From: a bacterium
Lineage (GTDB): Bacteria; SAR324; NAC60-12
Direction of reading: 5' to 3'
Assembly (NCBI GenBank): GCA_965233585.1
Contig: CBDDTI010000746.1
Location: 608,001 to 672,000, forward strand
DNA length: 64,000 bases
Shown piece by piece: positions 19,595 through 29,684 of this stretch. Position numbers and translations under genes: made by a program. Each line of letters starts with the position of its first letter. Positions within the stretch are counted from its first letter, which is position 1. Under the pieces are notes generated by a model. That model worked only from the letters and a program-made list of their open reading frames with translations. It searched no databases and was not told where the DNA came from.

Positions 19595-20877
19595 ATCCTT
19601 CTATTGGCATTGTTGGGGCAGGACCTGCTGGATGTTATCTGGCTCAAGCCTTGCGGAAGAAGTGGGGGCAGTCTCCAATAGACCTGATAGACCAGCTCTC
19701 CGTGCCTTTTGGTTTAGTCCGTTATGGTGTGGCATGTGACCACCAAGGAACAAAAGGCGTCATTCGTCAATTTGCAAGACTTTTTGAACGTGAACAGGTA
19801 CGGTTCATTGGCAATCTTCAAATAGGAAACGACGTCAGTCTTGAGGAATTGCGGCAGATTTATGACGTGGTTGTTTTGTCTGTTGGACTGTATCAAGACC
19901 GTCAGCTAGGGCTTGAAGGCGAAGATTCCAAAGGCATTTATGGCTCTGGAGTCATCACAAGACTTTTCAATGACTATCCTGACTTTTCTCTATCAACAGC
20001 TCAATCACAGGCAATCACTCAATCACAAATAGACAAATCACAAGTTCACTTTGGGAAGAATCTAGTTGTGATAGGGCAAGGAAACGTAGCAATGGACTTA
20101 GTGAGGCTTTTTGCCAAAAAAGGTGATGAATGGAATGGCTCTGACCTGTCCCCTGACAATCAAAAACTCATTGAACACTCTGAAGTCCAAACCATCTCTG
20201 TTGTGGGACGTTCCCCCATGGAAGACTCCAAATTTGACCTAGTCATGCTCAAAGAGTTCTTAAAGCTCAAAAATGCTCAATTTAAAATACATGGTGAAGC
20301 ACTGCCCCAAACACACCCAAAACTAGAAGTCTTTCAACAGCTCATTGAACAATCTGACGCCCAAGCACCTTGCACCATCTCATTTTATTTTGGCTATACT
20401 CCCAAGCAGTTCATTGCACGACAAGAGCATGTGGAAGGTGTGGTCTTTTCTAACCAGTTGACCTTACCTGCAACCAGCGTTTTCACAGCCATTGGCTATG
20501 AACCGCATTTCAAACATGACCATTTACTAGACGACATGACTTGCCTCCAAACAGGCAGACTGGCAAAAGGACTCTATTGTGCAGGCTGGTTTAAAAGGGG
20601 ACCGAAAGGGACAATTCCTGAAAATAGAACTGATGCTAAATCTGTGGCAGAACAAATTATTCAAGATGTAGAATCTGGCACTATTCCTATTCAGCCTTGC
20701 CAAATTCAAACATCTCAAAGACATAATTTTTTTGAAAAGCTGGCATCTCATCAAACGTTGGTAGATTATGAAGGTTGGCAAAAGATTGATGCTTATGAAC
20801 AAGCCCAAAAGCCTCCCCACCGTACACGATTAAAAGTCTCTGACAAGAGACTCCTTTTAAACCTTGCTACAAAATAA
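19591..20877 (+). CDS. Adrenodoxin/cindoxin-reductase-type ferredoxin(flavodoxin)-NADP+ reductase
   Basis: GAGPAG, PFGLVRYGVA, GQGNVAMD, GWFKRGPKGTI; ATGA overlap with dxs. Confidence 0.9.
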   Translation: MNPSIGIVGAGPAGCYLAQALRKKWGQSPIDLIDQLSVPFGLVRYGVACDHQGTKGVIRQFARLFEREQVRFIGNLQIGNDVSLEELRQIYDVVVLSVGLYQDRQLGLEGEDSKGIYGSGVITRLFNDYPDFSLSTAQSQAITQSQIDKSQVHFGKNLVVIGQGNVAMDLVRLFAKKGDEWNGSDLSPDNQKLIEHSEVQTISVVGRSPMEDSKFDLVMLKEFLKLKNAQFKIHGEALPQTHPKLEVFQQLIEQSDAQAPCTISFYFGYTPKQFIARQEHVEGVVFSNQLTLPATSVFTAIGYEPHFKHDHLLDDMTCLQTGRLAKGLYCAGWFKRGPKGTIPENRTDAKSVAEQIIQDVESGTIPIQPCQIQTSQRHNFFEKLASHQTLVDYEGWQKIDAYEQAQKPPHRTRLKVSDKRLLLNLATK

Positions 20878-20882
20878 AAGTT

Positions 20883-21332
20883 ATGAACATCACCATCTTA
20901 TTTGGAACAGAAACGGGCAATGCTGAAGTGTTGGCAGAAGATTTACAATCAGAATTACAAGGGACACATGAGGTGCAAATCTGCAACATGTGCGACTTTG
21001 ACTTGGCTGATTTTTCAACAAACATTTTTTATATCGTTGTTTGTTCTACCTATGGGGACGGAGATTTGCCCACTTCAGCAGAAGATTTTTACGATGCGTT
21101 GATAGAACAGAAGCCTGATTTGTCTGGAATCCAATTTGCCACGTTTGGGCTGGGTGACACAGAGTATGAAGAGACATTTAATTTTGGCTGTCAAAGAATA
21201 GACAAACTCTTCACCAAGCAAGGCGCTCAAAGAATTGGCACAATCCAAATGCACGATGCCTCCAGCGATGACCTCCCTGAAGACTTGGCAATGGATTGGA
21301 TCAAAGACATTCTCAGTCAAGTCCAAAACTAA
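20883..21332 (+). CDS. Flavodoxin (cindoxin/MioC-like)
   Basis: FGTETGNAE, STYGDGDLP, FGLGD..Y. Confidence 0.92.
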   Translation: MNITILFGTETGNAEVLAEDLQSELQGTHEVQICNMCDFDLADFSTNIFYIVVCSTYGDGDLPTSAEDFYDALIEQKPDLSGIQFATFGLGDTEYEETFNFGCQRIDKLFTKQGAQRIGTIQMHDASSDDLPEDLAMDWIKDILSQVQN

Positions 21333-21414
21333 AACACACGTCCAAAAAACTTTGTGACTTCAACAGTTAAAAAACACTTGATTTCAAAGCACTTTTAACC
21401 TCCAAAACCTAATT

Positions 21415-24051
21415 ATGAAAAACCCTGCTGTTAAATATCTGAAAGACTACTGTCCCCCGAATTACTGGATTGAACACATTGAGCTTTGTTTGGAACTTGA
21501 CCCTGAACAGACAAAGGTTTCTACTCATCTGACGCTCAAACGCAATCATCACCAACAAAAAGATTTAGTTTTAGATGGTGAAGACCTCAAACTCATCTCT
21601 GTTTCTGTCAATCATCAAACACTCTCAAAGCATCAATATTCACATGATGACTCCACGCTCACCATTTTTGACCCACCTGATGCCTTTTCTTTGCAAATTG
21701 AAAATGAGATAGAACCTATTAAAAACACCCAATTATCAGGGCTTTATGTCTCAAAAAACCGATTTTTTACACAATGCGAGGCAGAGGGTTTTAGACGCAT
21801 CACTTATTTCTTAGACCGCCCTGACGTGATGGCAACTTACCAAACTAAAATCATTGCAGATGCCAAACAATTTCCCTTGTTGCTTTCCAATGGCAACATC
21901 ACCAATTCTGGCAAGCTAGAAGATGGCAGGCATTGGATAGAATGGCAAGACCCCTTTAAAAAACCTAGCTACTTGTTTGCCCTAGTAGCTGGGGACTTCA
22001 GCATTTTGGAAGATTCTTTTACCACCGCATCAGGACGTGAGGTGGCTCTTAAAATTTACACTGCACCTGAACATGCCACCAAATGCGACCATGCTATGCA
22101 GTCCCTTAAACGAGCGATGAAGTGGGACGAAGAGAAGTTTGGTCTGGAATATGACCTTGAATGCTTTAGAGTCGTTGCTGTTGATGACTTCAACATGGGA
22201 GCGATGGAAAACAAAAGCCTGAATATTTTTAACTCCAAATGTATTCTTGCCACGCCACAGACCACAACCGATGCACAGCTCAGTCGGATTGAAGGCATTG
22301 TTGCCCATGAGTATTTTCACAACTGGACAGGCAACCGCGTCACATGCCGTGATTGGTTTCAACTCAGTCTAAAGGAAGGCTTAACCGTGTTTAGAGACCA
22401 AGAATTTTCATCAGACATGGGCGACCGTGCCATTCAACGAATAGGAGATGCCCACTTTTTACGAGTGTTCCAATTCCCTGAAGACAGAGGTCCCATGGCT
22501 CACTCCACAAGACCTGATTCCTTTGTTGAAATCAATAACTTTTACACACGCACCGTGTATGAGAAAGGTGCAGAAGTCGTTCGTATGATTCACACTCTGC
22601 TTGGTCAGAAGAATTTCCGTCAGGGCATGGATTTGTATTTTGAACGACATGACGGACAGGCTGTGACGATTGATGACTTCATTCAAGCCATGCAAGATGC
22701 CAGCAACATAGACCTTTCTCAATTCCGACTTTGGCACTCTCAACCCGGTACCCCACAAATCCACGTCCGAGCCATTTATGAGCTAGACACCCAAACCTTG
22801 ACCCTTAAAATCAGACAAAGCATTCCATCTCAACCTGCAAAGACTCCTTTGCATATTCCTTTTGCTATCGGATTCTTAGACCGCTCTGGTTCTCCTTTGA
22901 TTCCACAGCTTTTGGGGCAAAAGACCCCCAACATTCAAGAAACATGTGTACTTGAACTTAAAAAGGAAGAAGAGACGTTTTGTTTCACAGGACTATCCGA
23001 AATGCCAATCTTGTCTTTGTTAAGAGATTTTTCTGCACCTGTTGAGGTGCATTTTGACGCCTCGCAAGAAGAGTTAGCCTTTTTGTCTGTTTATGACCCC
23101 AATCCTTTTAGTCGTTGGGACGCCTCAAGGCAGTTGATTTATGGGTCTTTACTGAATCAGCTTCACTCTGAAAGTCCTGAATCTGAAAGCAACCAAAGTG
23201 AAGTCATTCTTGAAACATTCCGTGAGCTGTTGAAAAACCCAAATCAAAACCCTGCACTCCTTGCCAAAATGCTGGCATTGCCATCTGACAGAGAGTTTGC
23301 AGAACTGGTCAATCCCATTGATGTTGATGCCATTCATCAACTGCTGACCAACACCATCAGACACATTGCAACAGCCTTGCAAGATGAGCTTTTACAAGTC
23401 TATGAACGTTACCATGACACCAATCCTTACCAATGGAACACTGAATCTGTTGCCAGACGTGCCTTGAAAAATGCTTGTCTCCATCTGTTGACCCACTCCT
23501 CAAATTATTTTGAATTGGCTTATGAACAATACCAAAACGCGGATAATCTGACAGACAGACTGGCTGCCTTCCGCGACTTGGTGCATACAGAAAACACGTT
23601 CAAGTCCCAAGTGATTGATGACTTCTTCCAAAGGTTTCAGCACGAAGACCTTGTCTTAGAAGAGTGGTTTGCTGTGCAAGCGACTGCCCCTTTTCCAAGC
23701 ACATTGCAAACCATCAAAACCCTAACACAACACGACAAATTTTCTGTCTCCAATCCCAACAAAGTGCGTTCGCTTTTGTTCTCTTTTGCCATGAACAATC
23801 TGACTCAATTTCATCAGCCTGAAAGCTATCAATTTTACACCGATTGGATTTGGAAGTTGGACGACATCAACCCGCAAGCTGCTGCGTCAGGCTTAGCTGC
23901 TTTTCAAAATCGCATCAGGCATCAACCTGAAAAATCTAAGATGATGGCAGAACATTTGCGGGCATTGCTCAACAAACCTGCACTTTCCAATGACGTCTAT
24001 GAGATTCTCCAAAAAAACCTCCAGCAATCTCCTGTCAAAGAAGCCAAATAA
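21415..24051 (+). CDS. pepN: Aminopeptidase N
   Basis: TQCEAEGFRRIT, GAMEN, HEYFH...E, YEKGAEV, NPNKVRS. Confidence 0.97.
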   Translation: MKNPAVKYLKDYCPPNYWIEHIELCLELDPEQTKVSTHLTLKRNHHQQKDLVLDGEDLKLISVSVNHQTLSKHQYSHDDSTLTIFDPPDAFSLQIENEIEPIKNTQLSGLYVSKNRFFTQCEAEGFRRITYFLDRPDVMATYQTKIIADAKQFPLLLSNGNITNSGKLEDGRHWIEWQDPFKKPSYLFALVAGDFSILEDSFTTASGREVALKIYTAPEHATKCDHAMQSLKRAMKWDEEKFGLEYDLECFRVVAVDDFNMGAMENKSLNIFNSKCILATPQTTTDAQLSRIEGIVAHEYFHNWTGNRVTCRDWFQLSLKEGLTVFRDQEFSSDMGDRAIQRIGDAHFLRVFQFPEDRGPMAHSTRPDSFVEINNFYTRTVYEKGAEVVRMIHTLLGQKNFRQGMDLYFERHDGQAVTIDDFIQAMQDASNIDLSQFRLWHSQPGTPQIHVRAIYELDTQTLTLKIRQSIPSQPAKTPLHIPFAIGFLDRSGSPLIPQLLGQKTPNIQETCVLELKKEEETFCFTGLSEMPILSLLRDFSAPVEVHFDASQEELAFLSVYDPNPFSRWDASRQLIYGSLLNQLHSESPESESNQSEVILETFRELLKNPNQNPALLAKMLALPSDREFAELVNPIDVDAIHQLLTNTIRHIATALQDELLQVYERYHDTNPYQWNTESVARRALKNACLHLLTHSSNYFELAYEQYQNADNLTDRLAAFRDLVHTENTFKSQVIDDFFQRFQHEDLVLEEWFAVQATAPFPSTLQTIKTLTQHDKFSVSNPNKVRSLLFSFAMNNLTQFHQPESYQFYTDWIWKLDDINPQAAASGLAAFQNRIRHQPEKSKMMAEHLRALLNKPALSNDVYEILQKNLQQSPVKEAK

Positions 24052-24054
24052 GCG

Positions 24055-24999
24055 ATGCAAGCCTGTTATCTTTGCTCAAACCCTTTGCCACAGGGGCAGT
24101 CGTTTTATCAAGACCACAGCAAGTTTGTCTGCCTCCAATGTTTCAAAGACTCACCACGTTGCAAAAAATGCAAATTCCCTTCTAAACAACTTGCCATTGC
24201 TCATTACTGGGGCATGGTCTGCGAGTTTTGCCAAGAAGAACTGAACAAATCCATTGGCTCATGTCAGCTTTGTCAAGCAGAAATCACCATCTCTGCTTCC
24301 CATTATGCAGACGCAGGCAGGCTTGTTTGCCAAAAATGCTTTATCGTTGCCAAAAGATGCTTCATCTGTGCCTTCCCTCAATCTGCTCAAACCATTGCAG
24401 GCTTTGGGGACGTCTGCCCTGACTGTCTTGACCCCTTGTTCAGCCCTCAATCTGACTTGTCTGCAGTGACCCAACCCATTCTTAAATTTCTGGCAAGCCT
24501 CAAAGTTTCTGTTGACACTGTCCCCCAAATCAAATGGGTGGATTGGAATCTCTTGCTTGGCATGCAACACAAAGAACGTCCACCTTGTCCTATCAAAAGA
24601 CTTGATGATTTCTTACGATACGCCTACCCCGTCTTTTACCTGAAAGGCACACTTTACACGTTGAAACGTATGACGCCTTCTTTGCTTCTGACTCACATTT
24701 CGGGGCAACTGGCAGCTGCTCAACTCTGTTCACAATATCAACTCCCTCACCTGCTAGATGACTCCCCTTTTTTTGAGCTTGCCCGCTCCTGGGTTCACTG
24801 GGTGTCTTACACCACTGCACAAATTCTCAAATACGAAAAAGAGCAAAAACTACTCACCAGCCGACCCGAATGGGTTCTCAAAGACTTCAAAAAACTACAA
24901 GCCATGTCTCAATTCAATCCTCCTACCAAAATCGTCCTTTACGCACACTCCACTCTTGCCAACTACGCCAAAAAATATCTTTTCCCTCCTCTTTCATAA
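24055..24999 (+). CDS. Multi-zinc-finger (LIM-like) protein with DA1-like C-terminal domain
   Basis: Eight CxxC pairs in two duplicated units, then a zincin-like region without HExxH. Confidence 0.65.
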   Translation: MQACYLCSNPLPQGQSFYQDHSKFVCLQCFKDSPRCKKCKFPSKQLAIAHYWGMVCEFCQEELNKSIGSCQLCQAEITISASHYADAGRLVCQKCFIVAKRCFICAFPQSAQTIAGFGDVCPDCLDPLFSPQSDLSAVTQPILKFLASLKVSVDTVPQIKWVDWNLLLGMQHKERPPCPIKRLDDFLRYAYPVFYLKGTLYTLKRMTPSLLLTHISGQLAAAQLCSQYQLPHLLDDSPFFELARSWVHWVSYTTAQILKYEKEQKLLTSRPEWVLKDFKKLQAMSQFNPPTKIVLYAHSTLANYAKKYLFPPLS

Positions 25000-25119
25000 C
25001 GCCAACCAAACAACAAACCTTTGAACAAAGATTGAAAAAGATTGAGAACAGCAGAATTTTCGTTTTATGATGATGATAACGATTGACTTATTTGATGATT
25101 TTAATTTTTAAGGAGTTAT

Positions 25120-25365
25120 GTGATGAGTATGACATTAAATTTTGAAGCAGATCATGCTTTGAAGGTCTCAAAAAATGAAACCCAAAACATGAAGAAAACA
25201 ATTTTAGAAATCAAAGAACAGATTAGACAGAAAAAAACAGAAAAGAAAGATTATGATTTAGTTTCTATGGTGGGTATAGGGAGGCATTGTAGTTCTTTTG
25301 AAAAAGGAACAATGGACGAAATAGATCAGTATATTCGTGAACTAAGGAGCGAATGGAAAGATTAG
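25120..25365 (+). CDS. Putative antitoxin (VapB-like)
   Basis: Small gene overlapping the PIN gene; C-terminal DxYIRELRSEW typical of PIN-associated antitoxins. Confidence 0.7.
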   Translation: MMSMTLNFEADHALKVSKNETQNMKKTILEIKEQIRQKKTEKKDYDLVSMVGIGRHCSSFEKGTMDEIDQYIRELRSEWKD

Positions 25366-25784
25366 AAAATAAATTATATTTTGATGCAAACATTTTTATA
25401 TATGCGATTGAGGGAAATGCGTTTTTGCAACAATCTTTAAAAGATTTCTTAGATTTTGTGTCTCGCCAGATTGAGATAATTGTTACAAGCGAACTGACCC
25501 TTGCAGAATGTCTAGTTTTACCTAGAAGGAATGATAATAAGTATTTACAAAGCATGTATTTAGACGCTCTTATTAAAAATAGAAAAGTTTCTTTAAAAAA
25601 TGTTGATATTGCAACATGGTTATTGGCTTCAGATATAAGGGCAAAATATAACTTTCACCTTCCAGATTCAGTACACATCGCAACAGCCATTTTAAACGAC
25701 TGTTCTTTGATGACAAATGATAAGAAGTTGAAAGGTGTAGAAGGGTTGAAAATTTTCTATTTAGATGACTTCTTACAGTCATAA
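25353..25784 (+). CDS. vapC: PIN-domain toxin (VapC)
   Basis: YFDANIFIY, TSELTLAECL, DSVHIATA, TND. Confidence 0.92.
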   Translation: MERLENKLYFDANIFIYAIEGNAFLQQSLKDFLDFVSRQIEIIVTSELTLAECLVLPRRNDNKYLQSMYLDALIKNRKVSLKNVDIATWLLASDIRAKYNFHLPDSVHIATAILNDCSLMTNDKKLKGVEGLKIFYLDDFLQS

Positions 25785-25810
25785 ACATTCAACTCCCCTC
25801 GTTTTCCTGA

Positions 25811-25837
25811 ATCATTCTGTGCCTGACACAGAATCTC
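25811..25837. repeat. Isolated REP copy (CGTC family variant)
   Basis: atcattctgtg-cctga-cacagaatctc, same frame as the REPs at 29.7 and 35 kb. Confidence 0.7.
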
Positions 25838-26045
25838 AACCAAGTGAGCAATCGGTGTGTTGGACAACAGTCAAAAAATACAACCTCAAACAAGAATCTT
25901 TGGCATGAACCAACTGAAAATAGGTTGATGAGCTAGCACACAAACAAGCCGCTTGAAGTCCCATAAAAACAGGTAAGCAACGCAAAAGACAGATGCTACA
26001 ACCACCACATTTCAAACTCCATTAGTAAAAAAACGAAAAAAAAGC

Positions 26046-26074
26046 TTGTGTAACTTTTAAAAGGTTTTTACAAT
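26046..26074 (+). promoter_or_regulatory. Sigma70-type promoter; predicted TSS about 26080
   Basis: TTGTGT-17 bp-TACAAT. Confidence 0.6.
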
Positions 26075-26083
26075 ATATTGTTT

Positions 26084-26268
26084 TTCTGACTACGTCAAGA
26101 ATGGTCTTGGCAGAGTTCAGGATTAAATGACACATGACTCCTTTTGATCTGGGGCGTCGTGTGTGTTCTTTCATTCGTTTGTCCAGTTTTGTCAGGAATG
26201 GTCTTGGCAGAAATCTGGATTAAATGACGCATGACTCCTTTTGATCTGGGGTGTTGTGTGTGTTCTTT
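26084..26268 (+). ncRNA. Candidate tandem structured 5' leader (two 97-nt-period units, each with two hairpins)
   Basis: 26094-26171 vs 26191-26268 match at 71/78 nt; stems are retained through G-U and compensatory changes. Confidence 0.65.
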
Positions 26269-26294
26269 AACCATAACTAAAATGAGGATAACCT

Positions 26295-29200
26295 ATGAAT
26301 CTTTTAAAAAGATTTGCACAAATTGCTGCGATTGGACTTGCTGGAGGTTTGATTGCCGCATGTAGTAGTGACAGCTCGTCAAGCAGTAGCAGCAGTGACG
26401 ACGACAAAGCCAGCACCCCAGCTACCACAACCGGAGGAGGCGGAAGCACTTCAAAAGGAGGCAGTGACGCCTTCCCAAGAGTCTCCTTTGCCCCAGGTTC
26501 CACTGATGCCAACAACAAATGTAACGGCTTTGGTGGAATCAAAGCAGAAATAGAAGGCTCTAGTCCCCAAGCCTTTGAATACTTCTGTGATTATGACTTC
26601 CAACATAACTTCACTAAAAACCTAAATGGTGGTGGCGACGATTCCCCACTGGAACCTGAAAACATCAATGCCACGTCTGACAAAATCTTCTTCAACTACA
26701 ATGATGAAGGAAAAAACCAAGTCGGGCTTGTTCAAGATGGTGATGCCAACAGCGCCATTGATTTTGATGACCTTAGCGATGGCACAGTCGCTGGTTTTTA
26801 CAGAACAACCGCCAGCTCCGATGATGATAAAAGGCTCTATATCAGGGTTGACGTTGATGGTGCAGGTGCAGAAACAGTAGAAAGTCTTTACTACATTGAT
26901 GAGTCAGTTTCTCCTAGAAAAGCTGTCCCTGTTAGCGACGTTCCTCACATTCAGGCTGCTAATAATAAAGTCTTTGTAGCAGATTCAGGGGTATTTGTTG
27001 TGCAAGCTGATGGAGGTGTTTATTCAGTGGGTGGAACAGATGGAGTCACAGTCACCACTCATACCTACGCTGCTATTACTGGGCTTGACACAGGAGATAT
27101 TGCAGTAGGTGCGGGAACAACAGACCTTGCAAAAGTTCAAGGTGATACTTTGTATCTGCCACTGGACAATGCAGGTGGTGCTGCAACTGCTCTAGACGCA
27201 GATTCTCTCGGCATTTTTACTCATGGAACAGCCGCAGTTGCAACAAGCAGTGATATCAACACAGCATGGGCTGGCGATGAAAATAAAGCCTTGTTTGTCG
27301 CAGACTCAGGAATCTTTGTTGTTTCTACTGATGACGATGTTTACTCATTAGACGGAGCAACATTGACCACTCATACCTATGGCGATATAGGCAGCCTTGC
27401 CTCAGCAGATGTTGCAGTGGGTGCAGGAACAACAGGACTTGCAAAGGTGAAAGGCGATACCTTGTATCTTCCACTAGACGACGCAGGTGGTGCTGCAACT
27501 GCTCTAGACGCAGATTCTCTCGGTGCTTTCAAACATGGAACAGCAGCAGCGGAAGATGTTGCAGATATTACTACTGCATGGGATGGAACTGAAGCCAAAG
27601 CCTTGTTTGTAGCAGGTTCAGGAATCTTTGTTGTTTCTACTGATGACCAAGTTTATTCGGTTGCAGTGAGTGACTCAAATGTTGCCACAGTGACCACTCA
27701 TACCTACGCTGCTATTACTGGGCTTGGCTCTGCAGATATTGCAGTAGGGGCAGGGACAACGGGGCTTGCAAAGGTGCAGGATGACACTTTGTATCTTCCA
27801 TTAGACAATGCAAATGGTGCTGCAACTGCTCAAGATGCGGATTCTCTCGGTATTTTCGCTCATGGAACAGCAGCAGTTGCAACAAGTAGTATCAATACTG
27901 CGTGGGGTGGAGACGAAGATAAAGCCTTATTTGTAGCAGGTTCAGGAATCTTTGTTGTTTCTACTGATGATAATGTCTATTCAGTGGCAGTGGACGACTC
28001 AAATGTTCCAACAGTAACCACCCATACCTACGTTGCTATTACTGGGCTTGGCTCTGCAGATATTGCAGTAGGGGCAGGAACAACAGGGCTTGCAAAGGTG
28101 AAAGGTGATACTTTGTATCTTCCACTAGACAACGCAGGTGGTGCTGCAACTACCCAAGATGCAGACTCACTCGGCATTTTCACTCATGGAACAGCAGCAG
28201 TTGCTACAAACGCCGCTGTCAATACAGCATGGGCTGGAGATGAAGATAAAGACGTTCTCGTTACAGAAAATGGTGTCTTTGTTGTTTCTGATGAGGATGG
28301 CATTTATTACTTCAGACCTGGAAGTTCAGGAGCAAACGTCACAGGCATCATTGATGCGGCAGATGTTGATAAGGATAATTTCAAAGTGGCAAAGGCAGCC
28401 AAAGGAGCATTAAGCAACTACGCTTTTCACGAAAGTGCAATGATTCTTGGGACTAACCCTGCAGTTGCTTTGAATGAAATCGCCATCTCTGCTGACCAAT
28501 TTGTTCAAACCACCAACGGCAACACTTACTTCACAATCAATGGAAACTTTGACACAGGTCTTTATGCTCATGGAGTGACTGACACAATAGGCATCAGACC
28601 AGCAGTCACAGGCTCTGCAATCAATGCAACCGCAGTCGCTGCCAACGGCAATGATGTTTACTTCTCCACAGCAGATAACTTGTTCAGTTTCAGTGCAATC
28701 GCAACGACTCATGGTGGTTCCGTAACTGACGTCAGCGTCATCTCTGCTCCAACAACGACAACAAGTTCTGCTGTTGATAAAAACAAAAACCTTGAAAAAT
28801 TGGTCTTTGTAGAAGACCAGCTTTATGCACTCAAGAGCAATAAGGTTTACGCATTGAATGACACAGGTGAACTGGATGAAGTACAAACTGATGACGAAAC
28901 TCCAGCAAGTATCTCTGTCAATTCTATCCATCAAGTTGGAGACCAGTTGATTGCAGTGGGGTCAAGTAACGTGTATTCCATTTCTGGCGACGACCCAGCC
29001 GCAACAGAAATTGAAAACACGACTGGAGACACTCCAGCCTCTCTCACTGGCGCAAAATGGGTCGCTGTTGCAGGAGATGTGTTGTTTTTCAATACTGGCG
29101 ATAACAATCTCTGGTTAACTCAAGGTGATTCAGACTCTACCAAACCAGTGAGGAGAAATGGCAATAACGTGACGTGGAATTTAACTGCACAAGATAACAA

Positions 29201-29567
29201 AGCAGTCCAGTCTGGCGATGACTACTACACTCTTTGGAATGGCTTCTTGTATTGGGTGAACGAAAGCACAGGAGTTGCTGTAAGAGCCTCTACAACGAAT
29301 AGGGAGCTTGGCACAGAATCTGTTCAAGGACTCATAGCACTCAAAGTAGGTGATGCCGATGCGATTGCTATCACGACCAGATCAGGTGCTGTTAAAGTCT
29401 TGGTTGGTTGGAAAGGCAAACCAAACAATAAGTTTGTCAATGTGAATACTGGTGGAACTTGGAACACTGCCAAGCCATACTTTGTTGGTGATAGACTTTA
29501 CTTCACAGGCAAAAATGGTCTAGGCATTGAATGGTATTACTTGCAAAAAACGATACCATCTAATTAG
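26295..29567 (+). CDS. 1090-aa acidic surface lipoprotein with four 104-109-aa repeats (S-layer/adhesin-like)
   Basis: Lipobox LIAAC, Ser/Thr linker, repeats, beta-rich propeller-like C-terminus; GAGGA RBS. Confidence 0.8.
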   Translation: MNLLKRFAQIAAIGLAGGLIAACSSDSSSSSSSSDDDKASTPATTTGGGGSTSKGGSDAFPRVSFAPGSTDANNKCNGFGGIKAEIEGSSPQAFEYFCDYDFQHNFTKNLNGGGDDSPLEPENINATSDKIFFNYNDEGKNQVGLVQDGDANSAIDFDDLSDGTVAGFYRTTASSDDDKRLYIRVDVDGAGAETVESLYYIDESVSPRKAVPVSDVPHIQAANNKVFVADSGVFVVQADGGVYSVGGTDGVTVTTHTYAAITGLDTGDIAVGAGTTDLAKVQGDTLYLPLDNAGGAATALDADSLGIFTHGTAAVATSSDINTAWAGDENKALFVADSGIFVVSTDDDVYSLDGATLTTHTYGDIGSLASADVAVGAGTTGLAKVKGDTLYLPLDDAGGAATALDADSLGAFKHGTAAAEDVADITTAWDGTEAKALFVAGSGIFVVSTDDQVYSVAVSDSNVATVTTHTYAAITGLGSADIAVGAGTTGLAKVQDDTLYLPLDNANGAATAQDADSLGIFAHGTAAVATSSINTAWGGDEDKALFVAGSGIFVVSTDDNVYSVAVDDSNVPTVTTHTYVAITGLGSADIAVGAGTTGLAKVKGDTLYLPLDNAGGAATTQDADSLGIFTHGTAAVATNAAVNTAWAGDEDKDVLVTENGVFVVSDEDGIYYFRPGSSGANVTGIIDAADVDKDNFKVAKAAKGALSNYAFHESAMILGTNPAVALNEIAISADQFVQTTNGNTYFTINGNFDTGLYAHGVTDTIGIRPAVTGSAINATAVAANGNDVYFSTADNLFSFSAIATTHGGSVTDVSVISAPTTTTSSAVDKNKNLEKLVFVEDQLYALKSNKVYALNDTGELDEVQTDDETPASISVNSIHQVGDQLIAVGSSNVYSISGDDPAATEIENTTGDTPASLTGAKWVAVAGDVLFFNTGDNNLWLTQGDSDSTKPVRRNGNNVTWNLTAQDNKAVQSGDDYYTLWNGFLYWVNESTGVAVRASTTNRELGTESVQGLIALKVGDADAIAITTRSGAVKVLVGWKGKPNNKFVNVNTGGTWNTAKPYFVGDRLYFTGKNGLGIEWYYLQKTIPSN
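27054..28310 (+). repeat. Four intragenic tandem repeats
   Basis: acc-acY-catacctaY anchors at 27054, 27366, 27693 and 28017 (periods 312, 327, 324 bp). Confidence 0.92.
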
Positions 29568-29600
29568 TCGTTGACCCTTCTTTTTTAACCTTTTTTACGA

Positions 29601-29661
29601 CCTTCTTTTGTCTTTCTCTCACAGCGGAGGAAGGCAACCCGAGAAGGTTGCAACCTTCTTT
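29601..29661 (+). terminator. 3' hairpin/terminator including a perfect 18-bp palindrome
   Basis: agaaggttgcaaccttct at 29642-29659 followed by T's; upstream alternative stem ccttc...gaagg. Confidence 0.55.
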
Positions 29662-29684
29662 CACGTCATTGTCGACGTGTCTAA

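Noticed and set aside
26094..26268. Known riboswitch (glycine, c-di-GMP, TPP, cobalamin) or CsrA-type sRNA
   Set aside because: No consensus recognised by eye, and the loops are AUGG rather than GGA; kept as an unclassified motif
26267..26542. Antisense 91-aa ORF and the many other short nested ORFs in the track
   Set aside because: Shadow frames of well-supported genes, with no motifs of their own
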